Assembly (NCBI RefSeq): GCF_048593235.1
Contig: NC_133619.1
Span: forward strand, 396,132,454-396,196,453
Source: Sminthopsis crassicaudata
Lineage: Eukaryota
DNA: 64,000 bases
Reading direction: 5' to 3'
Shown one piece after another: positions 26,029 through 38,715 of the stretch (its first letter is position 1; every line of letters begins with the position of its first letter). Under the pieces are notes generated by a model. That model saw only the letters and a list, made by a program, of their open reading frames with translations, ran no database searches and was not told the DNA's origin. The translations under genes and the position numbers were made by a program.

Positions 26029-26040
26029 ATTAAAATTAAA
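26029..26040 (+). terminator. Tandem ATTAAA poly(A) signals, likely C2CD2L 3' end
   Basis: ATTAAAATTAAA about 840 nt after the stop codon, followed by T/G-rich sequence. Confidence 0.6.
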
Positions 26041-27344
26041 TTGGAGTTTACAAAAACCAGTATTCAGTCTTCTTGGGAGTGGGGGGGAAGAGGAATCAGG
26101 CTGAAGGGGAGTCAAGGTTCAAGGGGTATTTGTTGAGATTCACCTCTAAGATGCCCAGTGAATAGGACCACCATTGAGGTATGAGGAGAGGCAAAAATTT
26201 CCCTGGAGCCAGCTGGACCTCGGACTATATGTCTGGGCTTAGGCTTTGGGTTAGGCAGACCATTTCCTTAATTCAGATAGATGAGAGCTTCTCATCTTAT
26301 CAGAAGTGTTGAGTGCTCAATTGTATGGCCATGTATTGGGATATATAAAGGAAGTAATAAGACAGCTAGTCAGGCCAGGGAACAACTTCTATTTCATTAT
26401 CAGCTTTGATTAAATACCTGGCACTATGTGTCAGGCAATGTGCTAACTTTTGGGGATCCAAAGAAAAGCATAAGACAGTTAACTAGAATCCTCAAAAGCA
26501 GCTTAAAGTTGGACTCGGGTACAATAGTCCTATGTTTAGGGTAGGTATAAGTTTCCAAGTTGATTTCATCCTGCAGAATGATGAGTTTTTGGAGATCATG
26601 AAATCTAGGAGACCAGCCAGAAATGAAGTAAATTCCCTATGTTCCCTTCTTAAAGAGCTGGGAGGAGTTTGACTTTCTCCCCTCCACCCTGTCTAGCCAG
26701 GAGGAAGAGGTCCCAGGGGCTGGGAGGTTGTTGAGATGTGAGTTTTCAAGTTGATTTCATCATGCAAGATGAAGTGTTTCTGGAGAGAATGAAGTCCGGG
26801 GGATGAATCAGATAAGAATCCAAATCCTACCTCAGATGTTAGCTACCTAGGTTCTCTCCCCAGGCCTCTATAAAATCAGGAAATTGGGTGAGAAACCTTT
26901 TTTTAGCTGGAGATTCTAAGAATGGACCTTGGGTAAGTCACCCTTGTAGGCTTCATTGTCTTTATCTACTAGAAAGAAGGAAGGGGTGAATTAGATAATT
27001 TCTAAGAACCTCTAAGAAGCAGTATTCCCATTTTTTAGATAAGTGGTTTGCAGAAATTAAACTTATTTAAAGTCTCATACACACACACACTTAGAGGCTA
27101 AATCTGATCTCTTGATTCTCAAATCCCAGGGTTTTGTCTACCTCAATTACCTCTTCCTGAATATTTACATCATGAATGGATCAGGTGGGAAAGGGTGTTC
27201 TGGAGCGTGGAGAAGAATTAGGATCATTACTGGGGAGGAGAGAAAGAATAACCACATCTGATTCTGGAGGTGTTGGGGAGCCCTCTACCCCAGAGTCCAC
27301 AAGGAAGGGAATGTGATAGAAAGGAAAGAAATAGAGGACCCACA

Positions 27345-27366
27345 TACACACACACACACACACACA
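27345..27366. repeat. (CA)n microsatellite
   Basis: Read directly. A shorter run lies at ~27076-27089. Confidence 0.9.
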
Positions 27367-27369
27367 GGA

Positions 27370-27640
27370 ATGATATAAAGACAGTTACAAAATACTCTTT
27401 ACAGAAATAGAGAAAAATTGGAGAAAAGATTGTTGATTGCTAGGCCCCACTAGTATAATGAAAATGATGCTACCAAAATTAATTTACTGATTCAGTGCCA
27501 TACCAATCAAAAATAATAATGAATTTCATCTGGAGGAACAAAAGGTCAAGAATGTCCAGGGAAATCATGAACAAAAAGGGGGAAGGAAGGGGATTTAGCA
27601 CCATCAGATATTAAACAATACTACTAAGTAAGAATTATCA
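27370..27640 (+). mobile_element. L1 ORF2 fragment
   Basis: ATGCTACCAAAATTAATTTACTGATTCAGTGCCATACCAATCAAA encodes the L1 ORF2 'LPKLIY.FSAIPIK' region. A matching 3' end lies at ~28265-28400. Confidence 0.7.
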
Positions 27641-27723
27641 AAATTATCTGTTCACTTTGCTAAGCACTTTTTACAAAACTAATCTTATTTGAGCCTTACA
27701 ATAATCCTGGGAAATAGGTATTT

Positions 27724-27964
27724 TTCAGTCTTTTCTCAGTTGTGTCAAACTCTTCTTGACCCTGTTTTGGGTTTTTTTGAGAGAGGAGAGGTTTGTCATT
27801 TCCTTCTCAAGCTCATCTTATAGATGAAACTGAGGCCGACAGAATTAAGTGACTTGCCTAGGATCACACAACTAGTAAGTATTTGAGGCAGGATTTGAAC
27901 TCAGGAAGAAGAGTCTTCCTGATGCCAGGCCCAGCACTCTATCCACTGAACCATCTAGCCACCC
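27724..27964 (-). mobile_element. Mar1-type CORE-SINE
   Basis: Antisense RTE-like tail, CORE and tRNA head ending CCATCTAGCCACCC. Confidence 0.75.
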
Positions 27965-28102
27965 AATAAGTGCTATTACACCCCATTTTATACTTAAAGA
28001 TACTGAGCAAACAGAAGTTAAATTATTTGTCCAAAGTTACACAATTAGTGTCTAAAGCCAGAAAGAAACACAAGTATTTTATCTTTGAAAATTAATATGT
28101 TG

Positions 28103-28248
28103 TGGCAGGTAGTGGCGCAGTGCATAGAGCACCAGCCTTGAATTCAGAAGGACAGGAGTTCAAAGGTGATCTCAGACACTTAACACTTTCTAGCTGTGCG
28201 ATCCTGGGCAAGTCACTTAACCCCAGCCTCTGGGAAAAGAAAAAGAAA
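28103..28248 (+). mobile_element. WSINE1-like SINE with perfect 16-bp TSD
   Basis: Same structure as the copy at 703-860. GAAAATTAATATGTTG flanks it at 28087-28102 and 28249-28264. Confidence 0.88.
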
Positions 28249-28881
28249 GAAAATTAATATGTTGAATTTATCATACTAAAGAAATTCAAGTTATACACAA
28301 TAGATTTGCAGTTTCATGTACAATCCTTTTTCTGTTCTACTTTGCATATAGAAATGCTCTTTTTATTTGGTATTTTTAAAATTTTATTTTAAACACGGAT
28401 TTTATGTTTTTATATCACTTACATTTCCCAATGTATCCCTTTCCTTACCCCTATAAGACAACCATTCCTTATACCAAAAAATAAAAGACAAAAATCACTT
28501 CAACAAAATTGATTTAACATATTAGAACAAAGTCTGACATTATCAGCAGTATTCTACATCCCTAGAAAGAATGGTGAGAGGTACCTTTGGAGCTTAGCTC
28601 CATAATTTCACAGCATCTACAATTTTGTTGTTCTATTTACATAGGTGTGTAGTTTTCCTAATTCTCTGTTTATGTATTTCATTTTGCATCAGTATATGTT
28701 CTCATGATTCTCTGTATTCTCGGTATTTATAATTACCTCCTTTTTATTGGGTTGGAAGGGAACTTTCTGGTCAAGGGAATCATCAGAATCAAGATCATCG
28801 TTGAATGATGGGATAACTGGAAAGACCCAGAACTTGTTCACAAGTAGCAGAGCCAGGAGCCTAAATCTACAGTGCTTTTCT

Positions 28882-29101
28882 TTTTTTTTTCTTATTTTTT
28901 TAATGAAAATTTTTTATTAATTTTTATAATTATAACATTTTCTTTGGCAGTACATATGCATAGGTAATTTTTTTTTTTTTTTTTTTTTTACAACATTATC
29001 CCGTGTACTCCCTTCTGTTCCGAATTTTTCCCCTCCTTCCCTCCACTCCCTCCCCTAGATGGCAGGCATTCCCATACATATTAAATATCTTATAGTATAT
29101 C
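28882..29101 (-). mobile_element. Young, heavily 5'-truncated L1 with 15-bp TSD
   Basis: Poly(T) followed by the L1 3'-end antisense (CCCTCCCCTAGATGGCAGG). CTACAGtGCTTTTCT at 28867-28881 and CTACAGcGCTTTTCT at 29102-29116. Confidence 0.85.
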
Positions 29102-30599
29102 CTACAGCGCTTTTCTAGATGTGAATTCCAGTTCCCAATCCAATCTTAATAGCTGTGTCACTTGGGGCAAATCATTCAACTTTGGGACTCATGGAAAAGG
29201 GGAGTATTTGGTGTATAGTATTTGGTGTATCCCGTTTCCACAGGCTTAAGGAAAGAAGAAAACAAGCACTTAATAAGCACTTACTATGTGCAGGATACCA
29301 TCCTAAATGCTTTAGAATTTTCTCACTTGATCCTCACACCATCGAATAATCTGTAGTGGAAGATGTGAATTTTGAGAAGAGATACTCTATCCTCTGCAAC
29401 CGACAGAGATTCAATGGAATCAGCAAACTATTTCTGCAGTCAGGAGACCTGTATTCCAATCTTCCCAGGTAGTTGTGTGACATTGGGCACATTCCCAAAC
29501 CTCTCAATGTGCAGTTTCTCCACTGAGAAGTGGAACTTTTAACCTGCAATATCTTGCAGAATTGTTGTGAGACAGTGATTGACTTTAACCTTAAAAGGCT
29601 AAATGAATAGCTGTTCTTGTGGAAGACCTGGCATTTTTATTTTTATGCGTGCATCTGTGTCCTCATTTATATATTTTATAGGCACTTAAGTGATGGAAGT
29701 GGGTAAAGCACTGGGCCTGGAGTCAGGAAGAATTCAAATCCAGCTTCACACACTTCTAGCTGTGTGACTGAGCAATTCATTTAACCTCTGCCTCAGTTTC
29801 CTCATCTGTAAAATGGGGGTAATAATAGCCTCCATTGTTGTGCGGATAAAGATAATAACTAAAGCATTTAGCACATTGCAAGGCACATAGTGAGGGTTAC
29901 TATAAGGTCAATGTTAGATATAATTCTCACTAATACTTAATTTCTGTTTAATTAACTATAAAAAGAGAATCCTAGCACCTGTCTGGAAGGGTTGTTAGGA
30001 GAATCAAATGAAGTAATAATTGCAAAGCATTGACCATCTGGCAAAAAGTAAGCATTATATAAGTGCTATCTGCTTTTATTATTACTTAACTTTAGTTACT
30101 ATGACTCTGTCACGCTAGTACGAAGACACTCACCTCAGGTGGCATTACTCTATTATTCAGTTACAAAAGCACTATGTAATTGATGACTGTTATTACTATT
30201 TGGCTTTGGTTACTATTATTATTTAACCTTCAGTTTCTTCAACTGAAACCAAGACAGTAGTAGAGTTTTTGTGAAGATCAAGTGAGGTAACTGTAAGGCA
30301 TTAACACAGTGCATTATGTAAATGGTGGTTATTATTGTTACTTAACCTCAGTTTCCTTATCTGTGAAATGGGGATAATAGCCCCCAGATCCCAGACTCGT
30401 GAGGATCAGATGAAACAATGCCAGCGCCTGGTATACAGTAAGCACTAAATAAGTGTTGCTGTTGTTATTACTTAGCTTTAGTTTTCACATTTGTGGAATA
30501 TCTACGCGAATGGCACGTGGGTACTATTATCATCTCCATTTTGTAGCTGGGGAAATTCGCGCTCACGCAGCTGCAGTCTGAGGCAGAATTTGAACTGAG

Positions 30600-31420
30600 G
30601 TCCTCCTGACTCAGGAGAGCATCTGCATTCATTCGCCACGGCGGTATTCAGCCATTGTGCAACCTCCGAGCGCTAGCCGAGCGTGCGTGCCTTTGGCTCC
30701 TGTGACAGGGAGGGCACACGCGGGCCCGGGCTCCCTGTAAGTATCCAAGGGGCCGCCGGCCGGTCCCCAGCGACGCTCTGGCTTCGCGCATGCGCAGGAA
30801 GGCCCAGCCCAGCAGGCCCGAACTGTCGTCGCGGCTCGCAGAGGCCGGAAGCCAGGGACCCGGGTTGTAGCCGTGACCTCGCCCTCGCCCGCCCCCGCCC
30901 CCGTCTCCACCCCTGTTTCGCCAGTCCAGGTCCCCAGAGATCCAGCTGCTCAGCACTTCTAGGCGGCACCAGCCCTGCCTCCCCGCGCTCGGGGGGCCCC
31001 CAAGCCCCGCCCCTCGGGCTGGATCGCGTCACCAGACTCCCCGCCTGCTCCCTCCCCTTCCGTGTTTTGGTAGCGCCGGGGTCCCACCTCCGCCGCTCTG
31101 TGATTGGCTGAGAGCCGGGACGGCGGAGCCTAGAAGCCTATCTCGATTGGCTTTTGCTGGCCGTCAGTCACATGTGTCCCCCCGGAGTTGGCTGGACGTG
31201 GGAGAGGAACAGAGAGACCTGGGAGCGGAGGGCACGGTAAGGCTGGGAGTGGGGCTTGGGGCTTCTTGTCTCCGCGGACTGCTGGGACCCCGGTGCGGGT
31301 GAGCGCCTGCTTCTAACCTCCGGGGCGGGCCGGATGATCCGCTGCACTCCCTTGGAGTAGCCGCAGGGAGGGGGATCTCTAAGCGTTTGGAAGGCTGGAC
31401 CTCCCACGAGCTTCCCTTAG
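30600..31420 (+). promoter_or_regulatory. CpG island / HINFP promoter with non-coding exon 1
   Basis: NRF1-type palindrome GCGCATGCGC at 30786-30795, GC boxes ~30880-30905, inverted CCAAT boxes (ATTGG) at 31103-31107 and 31146-31150, donor ACG|GTAAGG at 31237 ending the presumed non-coding exon 1. Confidence 0.85.
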
Positions 31421-32707
31421 AGCTGGAGGAAATGTCCCCGTCCTTCTGCTGCGGGGCAGTAGTCCTTTCTAGAAAAGACTAGAAAGGAGAAAGGACTGGA
31501 AAGTTAGGAATCGGCTTCCTCGGTGACCTTGTGCAAATCACTCTCTCCGGGCCTCAGTTTCCCACTCTCTGAAATGGGAAGAATAATAGCCTGCTTTCAC
31601 CAGGAATGGAGGAGCAAATGAAATAAAAGCCTGCTCTAAAAACTAGTTTGCAAATAACTTAAATCTATAGGATTTTAAGGTTTCTCCAGGCTTTCCCCAG
31701 AAATAACCTTCTGCAAGAGAGTCAGATTTAATTTAGCACTGTGCTGAGTGTTGGGAATACAAGGACAAAAATGAAAGGCTGCTTGTGCTACATTGTATAA
31801 TTATTCCCAGTTTTTCCGTGGGGAAAACAGGCTCCGAGGAAGGAACTTAAGAGTCACACGCTCCTAAGGGGTTGCGATTGATTGAAGAGCCCTCTTTCTT
31901 CCGCACCCTCTTATCTCCCCTGACACCATTTCATAGTCTGGTTTTCCTTTAAGTTATTATTTTTTCTTTTTTTTTTTTTTCTCATTTTTTCCCTTTAAAT
32001 TAAGAGGCAGTCTGTGTCTTGGGTGAAGAGTGACCTGGAGCCAGAAAGCCTGGGTTCTGATGAACAGAATCTGTGGGACCCTGAGCAAATGAATTAACCT
32101 GCCCACAGAACACTCAGGCTTTTTGGATGCCAGAATGCAGTTGGGGAACTTCCTACACACAAGGAAATTACAGGTTACATTAAAAAAAAATAGCCCCTCT
32201 CAAACCTGTAACCTGCGAAGGCCTGTAGATTTATTAGGAGTCTCTAGGAGGCTTGGGCTGCCGTCCTGACTCAGCGCCTGCTTGATTCCCCATTTGTCAG
32301 TGGTTTCTTCTTCATAATACTCTGCATTTATAAGTCTGTAGGAATTGCATCTTTCTGTAGAGTATGAGGCTCTTAAGAGAAGAGACTCTTTTTTGATCTT
32401 ATAAAAGCAGCTTTTAAATTACTTACTTCACAGGTTAGTTGTATGAATCCTATGGGGTAATATATGGAAAGCATTTAAATAAGTCACGTTTTTTAGACTT
32501 TCAGGCCTGCAGAGCACATCCTCACAATGGAATTGTAAGGTGGTGTAAGTGTAGTGTAAGTATTATGATCCTCATCTTATAAAAGGAGTAAACTGGGCTT
32601 CTGAGAAGTGAGTGATTTGCTGAGGGTCCCACAGTTAGGGATTTTAACTTAGGTCTTTTGCCTTCATGTCTTATATTCTGTTTACTGACATATGCTGCCT
32701 TTTGTAC

Positions 32708-32899
32708 CAGTGGTCTTATAGTCCTTTCAGGGCATCTGAAGCCAAAACTACTTAAATAATAATACTAAGATTTTAATTTCTAATACAGTAAATGTCAATA
32801 GATACGATACATATAAACACAAGTTATTTGGGAAAGGGGTTCTTCAGTAATTTTTAAGAGTATGAAAGGATCGCGGTACAGAAAGTTAGGAAACCACTG
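32708..32899. mobile_element. Probable old hAT-type MITE
   Basis: CAGTGGT...ACCACTG inverted termini around an AT-rich interior. No TSD recognisable. Confidence 0.5.
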
Positions 32900-33656
32900 G
32901 CCTAGTTCTATCCCTACGTTTTACATTTAAAGAAACTTAGACCCAGGAATGTTTAATGACTTGCCTGAGGTCACACAGGTAGTATGGATGGAGATAAATA
33001 ATATAGAAATGATTCATTCTGAAAAATAAGTAGGGTTTAAGCTGAAGGGAGAGAGAGAAGTGATTCAGTTAAAGGGAACCAACTGACTTTACAGGCAAAG
33101 AAGTGAGAAGAAATATCCTTTGGAATACGAGTTCCAAGAGATAGAAATGAGGAGGATCACATTATTGGTATGAGGGAGCCAGAAGACAGTAAAGCACATG
33201 ACTGAGAAATAATTCTTTAAGATCTTGTTTGACCAAATCAATTCATAAAAGAAAGTAGGAGAAATAAACCTGGGAGATTGGAGGTGAATAAAAGCACTGG
33301 ATAAATCCCCAGAACATTGTGTAGTTTCAAGGATTTGGATCACTATTGTCCTAAATTATAATGTCCTAAAAGGATAATAGCAAGCTAACATTTATGAAGT
33401 ACTTTAAAGTTTGCAAAGAAGTTTTACAAATATTATCTTATTTCTTCCTCACAACAACCCTGGGAGGTTGGTGCTATTGTTTATCCCCATTTTACAGAGG
33501 AGAAAATAGAGGCTGGGAGTTTAATTGACTTGCCCAGCTAAAACAATTGGGTCACATTTGAAGTCAGTTCTTCATGATTGCTGGTTCACCGAAGTCCTTT
33601 GCTTCTGGCTATTGGGCAGCATGTAATTTTATTCCTTTTACTTTAGTGTGGCAATT

Positions 33657-33831
33657 ATGCCACCCCCAACAAAGGTTCCCCGAAGGGAGGCCCTGATGCT
33701 ACAGTGTGAATGGGGGTCCTGTACCTTTGTGGCCTCAGCTGTGGAGGAGTTCTGTGAGCATGTCACGCAGCATCTTCAGCAGCATCTCCAGGGCCCTGAG
33801 GAGGACGAAGAGGATGAACTGGACCCGCTTG
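33657..33831 (+). CDS. HINFP: HINFP (histone H4 transcription factor, C2H2 zinc finger) first coding exon
   Basis: Acceptor TAG at 33644-33646, ATG at 33657: [25 protein letters not shown]...DELDPL. The 9 coding exons join to 1596 nt (531 aa plus stop). Confidence 0.96.
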
Positions 33832-34106
33832 GTGAGTGAGCAGAGGCTGAGGGAAACAGTGAGACCTGTGAGAGGTGGGAGAAGACCAGCTTTGCCTTGG
33901 CTCTGTTGTCCTTGGATAGACTAGAAAGAGAGGGCTGAGTGGAAAGGAGGAAGGAATGGGAGCATGTCTTCAAAAGAGGTTTAGAGATTGACTCTGGGAG
34001 CACTGGGCTAGAGCTGAGGTGGGGTTTGCCCTGCTTAGTTCTGTATTCAGGCCCAGCTGTGTCCTGGAGACAGAGGGACCTGAGTTCTGTCTTTCCTCCA
34101 TCTCAG

Positions 34107-34336
34107 CTGAAGAGTACTCCTGCTTGTGGCAAGAGTGTGGCTTCTGCTCCCCAGACAGCTCGGCTGACCTGGTCCGCCATGTTTATTTCCACTGTTACCA
34201 CACCAAGCTGAAGCAGTGGGGACTTCAGGCTCTGCAAGGCCAGGCCGGACTCAGCCACTGCCTGTTGGACTTCCAAAGCCGAAACATGATCCCTGACATT
34301 CCTGACCACTTCTTGTGCCAGTGGGAGCACTGTGAG
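34107..34336 (+). CDS. HINFP: HINFP coding exon 2
   Basis: [42 protein letters not shown]...[10 protein letters not shown]. 230 nt. Confidence 0.96.
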
Positions 34337-34535
34337 GTCAGCAGGCAGGGGCCAGGGCAGGGGGGAAGGATGTGTTCTGTCCCAAATAGAGAGACCTTGT
34401 ATCCTTATGAAGTATTGTCAAGCACTGTCCTTCCTCTTCATCTTGAAGATGGTCAGGATTAGAGTATTACCTTGGCTCACTAAAATTGCCCCTCTACCTG
34501 ATCCTTGCCTTAGTTTCTCCTCTTCCCCTCAGCAG

Positions 34536-34647
34536 AGCTCCTTTGACAATCCAGAGTGGTTTTACCGGCACGTGGAGGCCCATAGCCTGTGTTGTGAATA
34601 TAAGGCAGCCAGCAAGGAGAACCATGTCGTACCATGTGGCTGGAAAG
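34536..34647 (+). CDS. HINFP: HINFP coding exon 3
   Basis: [43 protein letters not shown] acceptor, so the start could also be 34533. Confidence 0.93.
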
Positions 34648-34838
34648 GTGAGTGAGATTTCAGGCATCTGTTAAGAGGTTTTGGAGGAGAATCCTGCCTT
34701 TGTGGGTAAGAGGGCTGCTTCCCACTCTGTAACAAAGTGAAAGACCTGGCTATTGGACCAGAGAGGGGTTTGGAGGAAAGTGGGAGGAGGGTGTGTGGGC
34801 TGGGGCAGGTCAGAGGCCTGACTTGGTGTCTTCCCCAG

Positions 34839-34991
34839 ATTGCACCTGCACCTTCAAAGGCCGTTGTAAATTGAGAGAACACCTTCGGAGTCACACCCAG
34901 GAGAAGGTTGTGGCCTGCCCCACCTGTGGGGGCATGTTTGCCAACAACACCAAGTTCTTTGACCACATCCGACGCCAGATGTCCCTGGACC
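34839..34991 (+). CDS. HINFP: HINFP coding exon 4
   Basis: [50 protein letters not shown]. 153 nt. Confidence 0.96.
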
Positions 34992-35291
34992 GTGAGCTTT
35001 GGGGTGTTGGGAACTGTGGGGAGGAAGGAACCAGCTGGCCTGCTTCCCTGTGGCCCTCCGAGTCACTCTTGATACCTGTGCCACCTTGGATGGCCATTCG
35101 GTCTTTGTAGGCCTCAGGTCCCTCATCTGTGAGATGGGGGAGGGGTTGATTAAATGAGCCAGTTTACCTTAGAGACATTCTGTGATGAATTCTGAAAGTT
35201 CCCCTCCTTCCTGGGTCTTGTGTTTTCTTCTTGTCTCCTCACCTCCTGTTTCTGTATGGTCTCTCAGTGCTCTCTCCTTTTCCCACCTCAG

Positions 35292-35369
35292 AACAACGAT
35301 TCCAGTGCTCCCATTGCTCCAAGAGGTTTGCCACAGAACGGCTGCTGAGGGATCATATGCGCAACCATG
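35292..35369 (+). CDS. HINFP: HINFP coding exon 5
   Basis: [25 protein letters not shown]. 78 nt. Confidence 0.96.
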
Positions 35370-35455
35370 GTCAGTTTCCCAAACCCCTCTCTCCAGGTTT
35401 TCTCCTCTTCGTCCCTCCCTCTTCCCCACATCCTTCTCCTCTCTGCTCTCTGCAG

Positions 35456-35576
35456 TAAATCACTACAAGTGCCCTTTGTGCGACATGACCTGCCCGTTGC
35501 CCTCCTCCCTCCGAAACCACATCCGATTCCGACACAGTGAAGACCGGCCCTTTAAATGTGACTACTGTGACTACAG
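35456..35576 (+). CDS. HINFP: HINFP coding exon 6
   Basis: [39 protein letters not shown]. 121 nt. Confidence 0.96.
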
Positions 35577-35655
35577 GTGAGGGGAGCACTGCTGCTGGGA
35601 ACAGCCCAGTCCCAGGTTCCTTCTGCTTTGGTGACCCTTTTCCCTCTTCTGCCAG

Positions 35656-35794
35656 TTGTAAGAATCTGATTGACCTTCGGAAGCACCTAGACACCCATAG
35701 CAAGGAACCCGCCTACCATTGTGAGTTTGAAAACTGCAGCTTCAGTGCCCGATCCCACTGCTCAATCAAGTCCCATTACCGAAAAGTGCACCAA
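35656..35794 (+). CDS. HINFP: HINFP coding exon 7
   Basis: [46 protein letters not shown]. 139 nt. Confidence 0.96.
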
Positions 35795-36186
35795 GTGAGT
35801 AGGACTGGGGGAGGGGAGGGGAGGCAGAGCAGGGGTTAGGGCCAGGGCCTGGGCCTGGGGACAGACTTGCACCCACATAGGAAGGTGTAGTCCTGTGCCG
35901 GGGATGGGACCTGGGATTTCATTGTGTAGGGAATTCCCAGATGAGGAAACTCTCTCATACAGCCACTGTTGCTCAAAGCTGGGGCAAGAAATCAGGTCTC
36001 CCTTGCTCTTGAGGATGGCTTTTTAGCAACTACACCTTACTCCTAAGGAAGCTGTGCTGGAGATGACAAGTTAGTTATAATGTGCCTCCCGAGGCCCAAG
36101 GCAGTATTCTTATCTCTTGGCTGATGGGTTTGGGGATGGTTTGAATGGAGGAGGTGGGATTTCAACTGATTGGACTTCTCCATCAG

Positions 36187-36311
36187 GGTGACTCGGAGCC
36201 AAGGTACAAATGTCATGTATGTGACAAGTGCTTCACTCGAGGCAACAACCTCACTGTCCACCTCCGAAAAAAGCATCAGTTCAAGTGGCCCTCGGGGCAT
36301 CCCCGTTTCCG
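36187..36311 (+). CDS. HINFP: HINFP coding exon 8
   Basis: [41 protein letters not shown]. 125 nt. Confidence 0.96.
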
Positions 36312-37406
36312 GTAAGTTCTCCTTCCCTTTCCAAGGTGTTCTACAAGAGTAGTAATAATGGTTTGAGGAGTTTAAATGGGCTTACCTTTGAATGTTTACT
36401 TTCCATACATCTTCCTAAGGATTTTATCTACTTCATTCCATTTTGTCCTAACAAACACAAGGGGCAAAGATGATGATAATCATAATAACTAATATTTATA
36501 TAGTGCTTACTACATGCCAGTCACTGCTAAGTACTTTGCCTCATTTGATCCTCACCATGGCCCTGTGAGGCACTTGCTATATTTATTTCTCCCCCCCCCC
36601 CTTTTTTTTTTCCCAGAAAACTCAGAGAGTGGTTAAGTGACCTGCCTAGGGTCACATAGCTAATGTCTGAGGCTATATCTGGGCCTGGGTTTTTCTGACT
36701 CTGGACCTGGTGCTCCATCCATTATATCACTTAGTTGCCTCAAAGGTGATTCTCCCCATTTTTAAATTGGGTGAATTGAGACACAGAGCAGCTAAATAAA
36801 TTACTTGTCACAGGAACATAGTGATTTGAGAATGGAGCTGGAATTAAGAATTCAGTTTAATATTTAAATTGAGTTTATCAGCTTTTACTGTGCACAAGGT
36901 CCTGCATTGGTTGCCGTGGAGAAGCACAGAAACAAAATTGAATAATAGTGTCTGTTTTCAAAGAGTTTATAATTTAGTAGAAGGAGATAAGATTGATACA
37001 TAGTTATAATTCAAAATAGCATGTAAAAACAAACACGGTTTGTTAGGAGGTAGCAAGTTCTTCACTAGTAGTCTCCAAGTAAAGATTTGGGATACAGAGA
37101 GGTACAGATGGAGTGCTGTGAGAGAGCTAAGGAGGATATTCCTGCCAGCTGAAAAACCTCAGGGAAGGTTTTCCTTAGAAGGAGTAAAGTTAGGTTTTAG
37201 AGGATATGCAAGGGATCAGTAGGTGGAAAACATGACCAGGACATTTCAGGGATCAAAAATGAGATGAGAGTCCAAAAGCCAAAAAGTAACAAGTGGGGAT
37301 AACGATTAGTAAGATTGTTGAGTATAGGGAGGAGAGAGATGTTAAAGCCATGAAGAACATTGGAGCCAGTTTTTAGAGTGCCTTGCATCCAACGTCAAGA
37401 AATTTG

Positions 37407-37445
<39 letters not shown>

Positions 37446-38715
37446 GGTTTGAAATGATCAGTGTTGTATATTGGAAGGACTATTCAGACAAAAATGTAAG
37501 GCATTGTCATATGGAAGAAGAATTCGCTTTAGTCTATTTATTTAATCAGACAGTGCCATAGGGGCCATCTCAGGGACAAAATGTAGGGACAAAGAAGGGA
37601 AAACTTCCTTACTTTTAGAGCTATCTAGAAATATAGTGGATGGTCTCTTCCACCCCAGAGGAGGTGTTGAAAGAGGACAGAGAAGTGTTTCACTGGAATG
37701 TTACAGGAGACTTTTTTTAGTTTATATTTTTAATTCCAGTTCTTTTATTCCACTGCAGCCCCATATTGAGAAGGGAGGAAACACAATACCTATTATCCTT
37801 ATATGTTTCTACATTAGCCATATTTGGAAGGAGAGCAATATAGGCAAGAAAAATAAAATGAAAAAAAAAAAAAAAAGCTTGAATCTGTACTCGAGTTTAT
37901 AGATTCTCTCTTTGGAGATCTTCCCTACAATATTGCTGTAACTATGTACAAATGCTGTTCTCGGAGACTTGCTTCAGGTGAGGATTGAAAGTTCTCGACA
38001 ACTCTGGATTCTTCAGTCTATGGCTAGCTCTCCAATTCATTATTTTAATAGAGTTAGGCTCTTTGAAAGCAGAAACTATTGTTGTTATTATTATTTTTGT
38101 TTTTTCTTGAACTCAGGGCTTGGTGCTTGCATTGTGTGTTTGATGATTGAATCAGTTGTATCAAGGTTTGTCCAGGAGTGGAGAGATCAGTTAAAAGGCT
38201 ACTGCCTTGGCCCATGTCTTTCCCATTGAACCTTCCATTTTCCCATTTTGGGTAATGTTCTTCACAAACCTGTCCCATAAATACTTCTACTCCCCCTCTC
38301 CCTACTTACAGGACTATGAAGAAAGTGGTATGCAAAACCTTCAGTCACTCTCCTGTGGAGTAGTGTTAGATCATCCCAGGTTTAGGCATGGAAGGGATGG
38401 TAGAGGCCATCGCCTCCCACCCCTTCATTTTACAGGCTGAGAGAAGTAATGTATCTGGGTTCTGAGGCAGCATTCAAATTCTTGTTTTCCTGACTCCCAG
38501 CTCAGCACTCTGCCAGTGGGCCACCTAGCCCATTTTTCCCCCTTTTCCTGGCATTGTCACTGAGTACCTCTGCTTTCCCAACTCCCAGTCTTGGTGGAAA
38601 CAAGTTCCTGTTATCTTTCTTCTTCCTTGCGCACTTGGGCCTTGGGACTCCTGTGTCTGGGCCTCCCCTCCCTCTATGTGTGGGGGTTCCTGATTCTCAT
38701 GTCCTCACTTCCCAG

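Noticed and set aside
30629-31111. ORFs of 93-142 aa at the HINFP promoter
   Set aside because: GC-rich, mostly non-ATG starts, no domain. HINFP coding begins at 33657.
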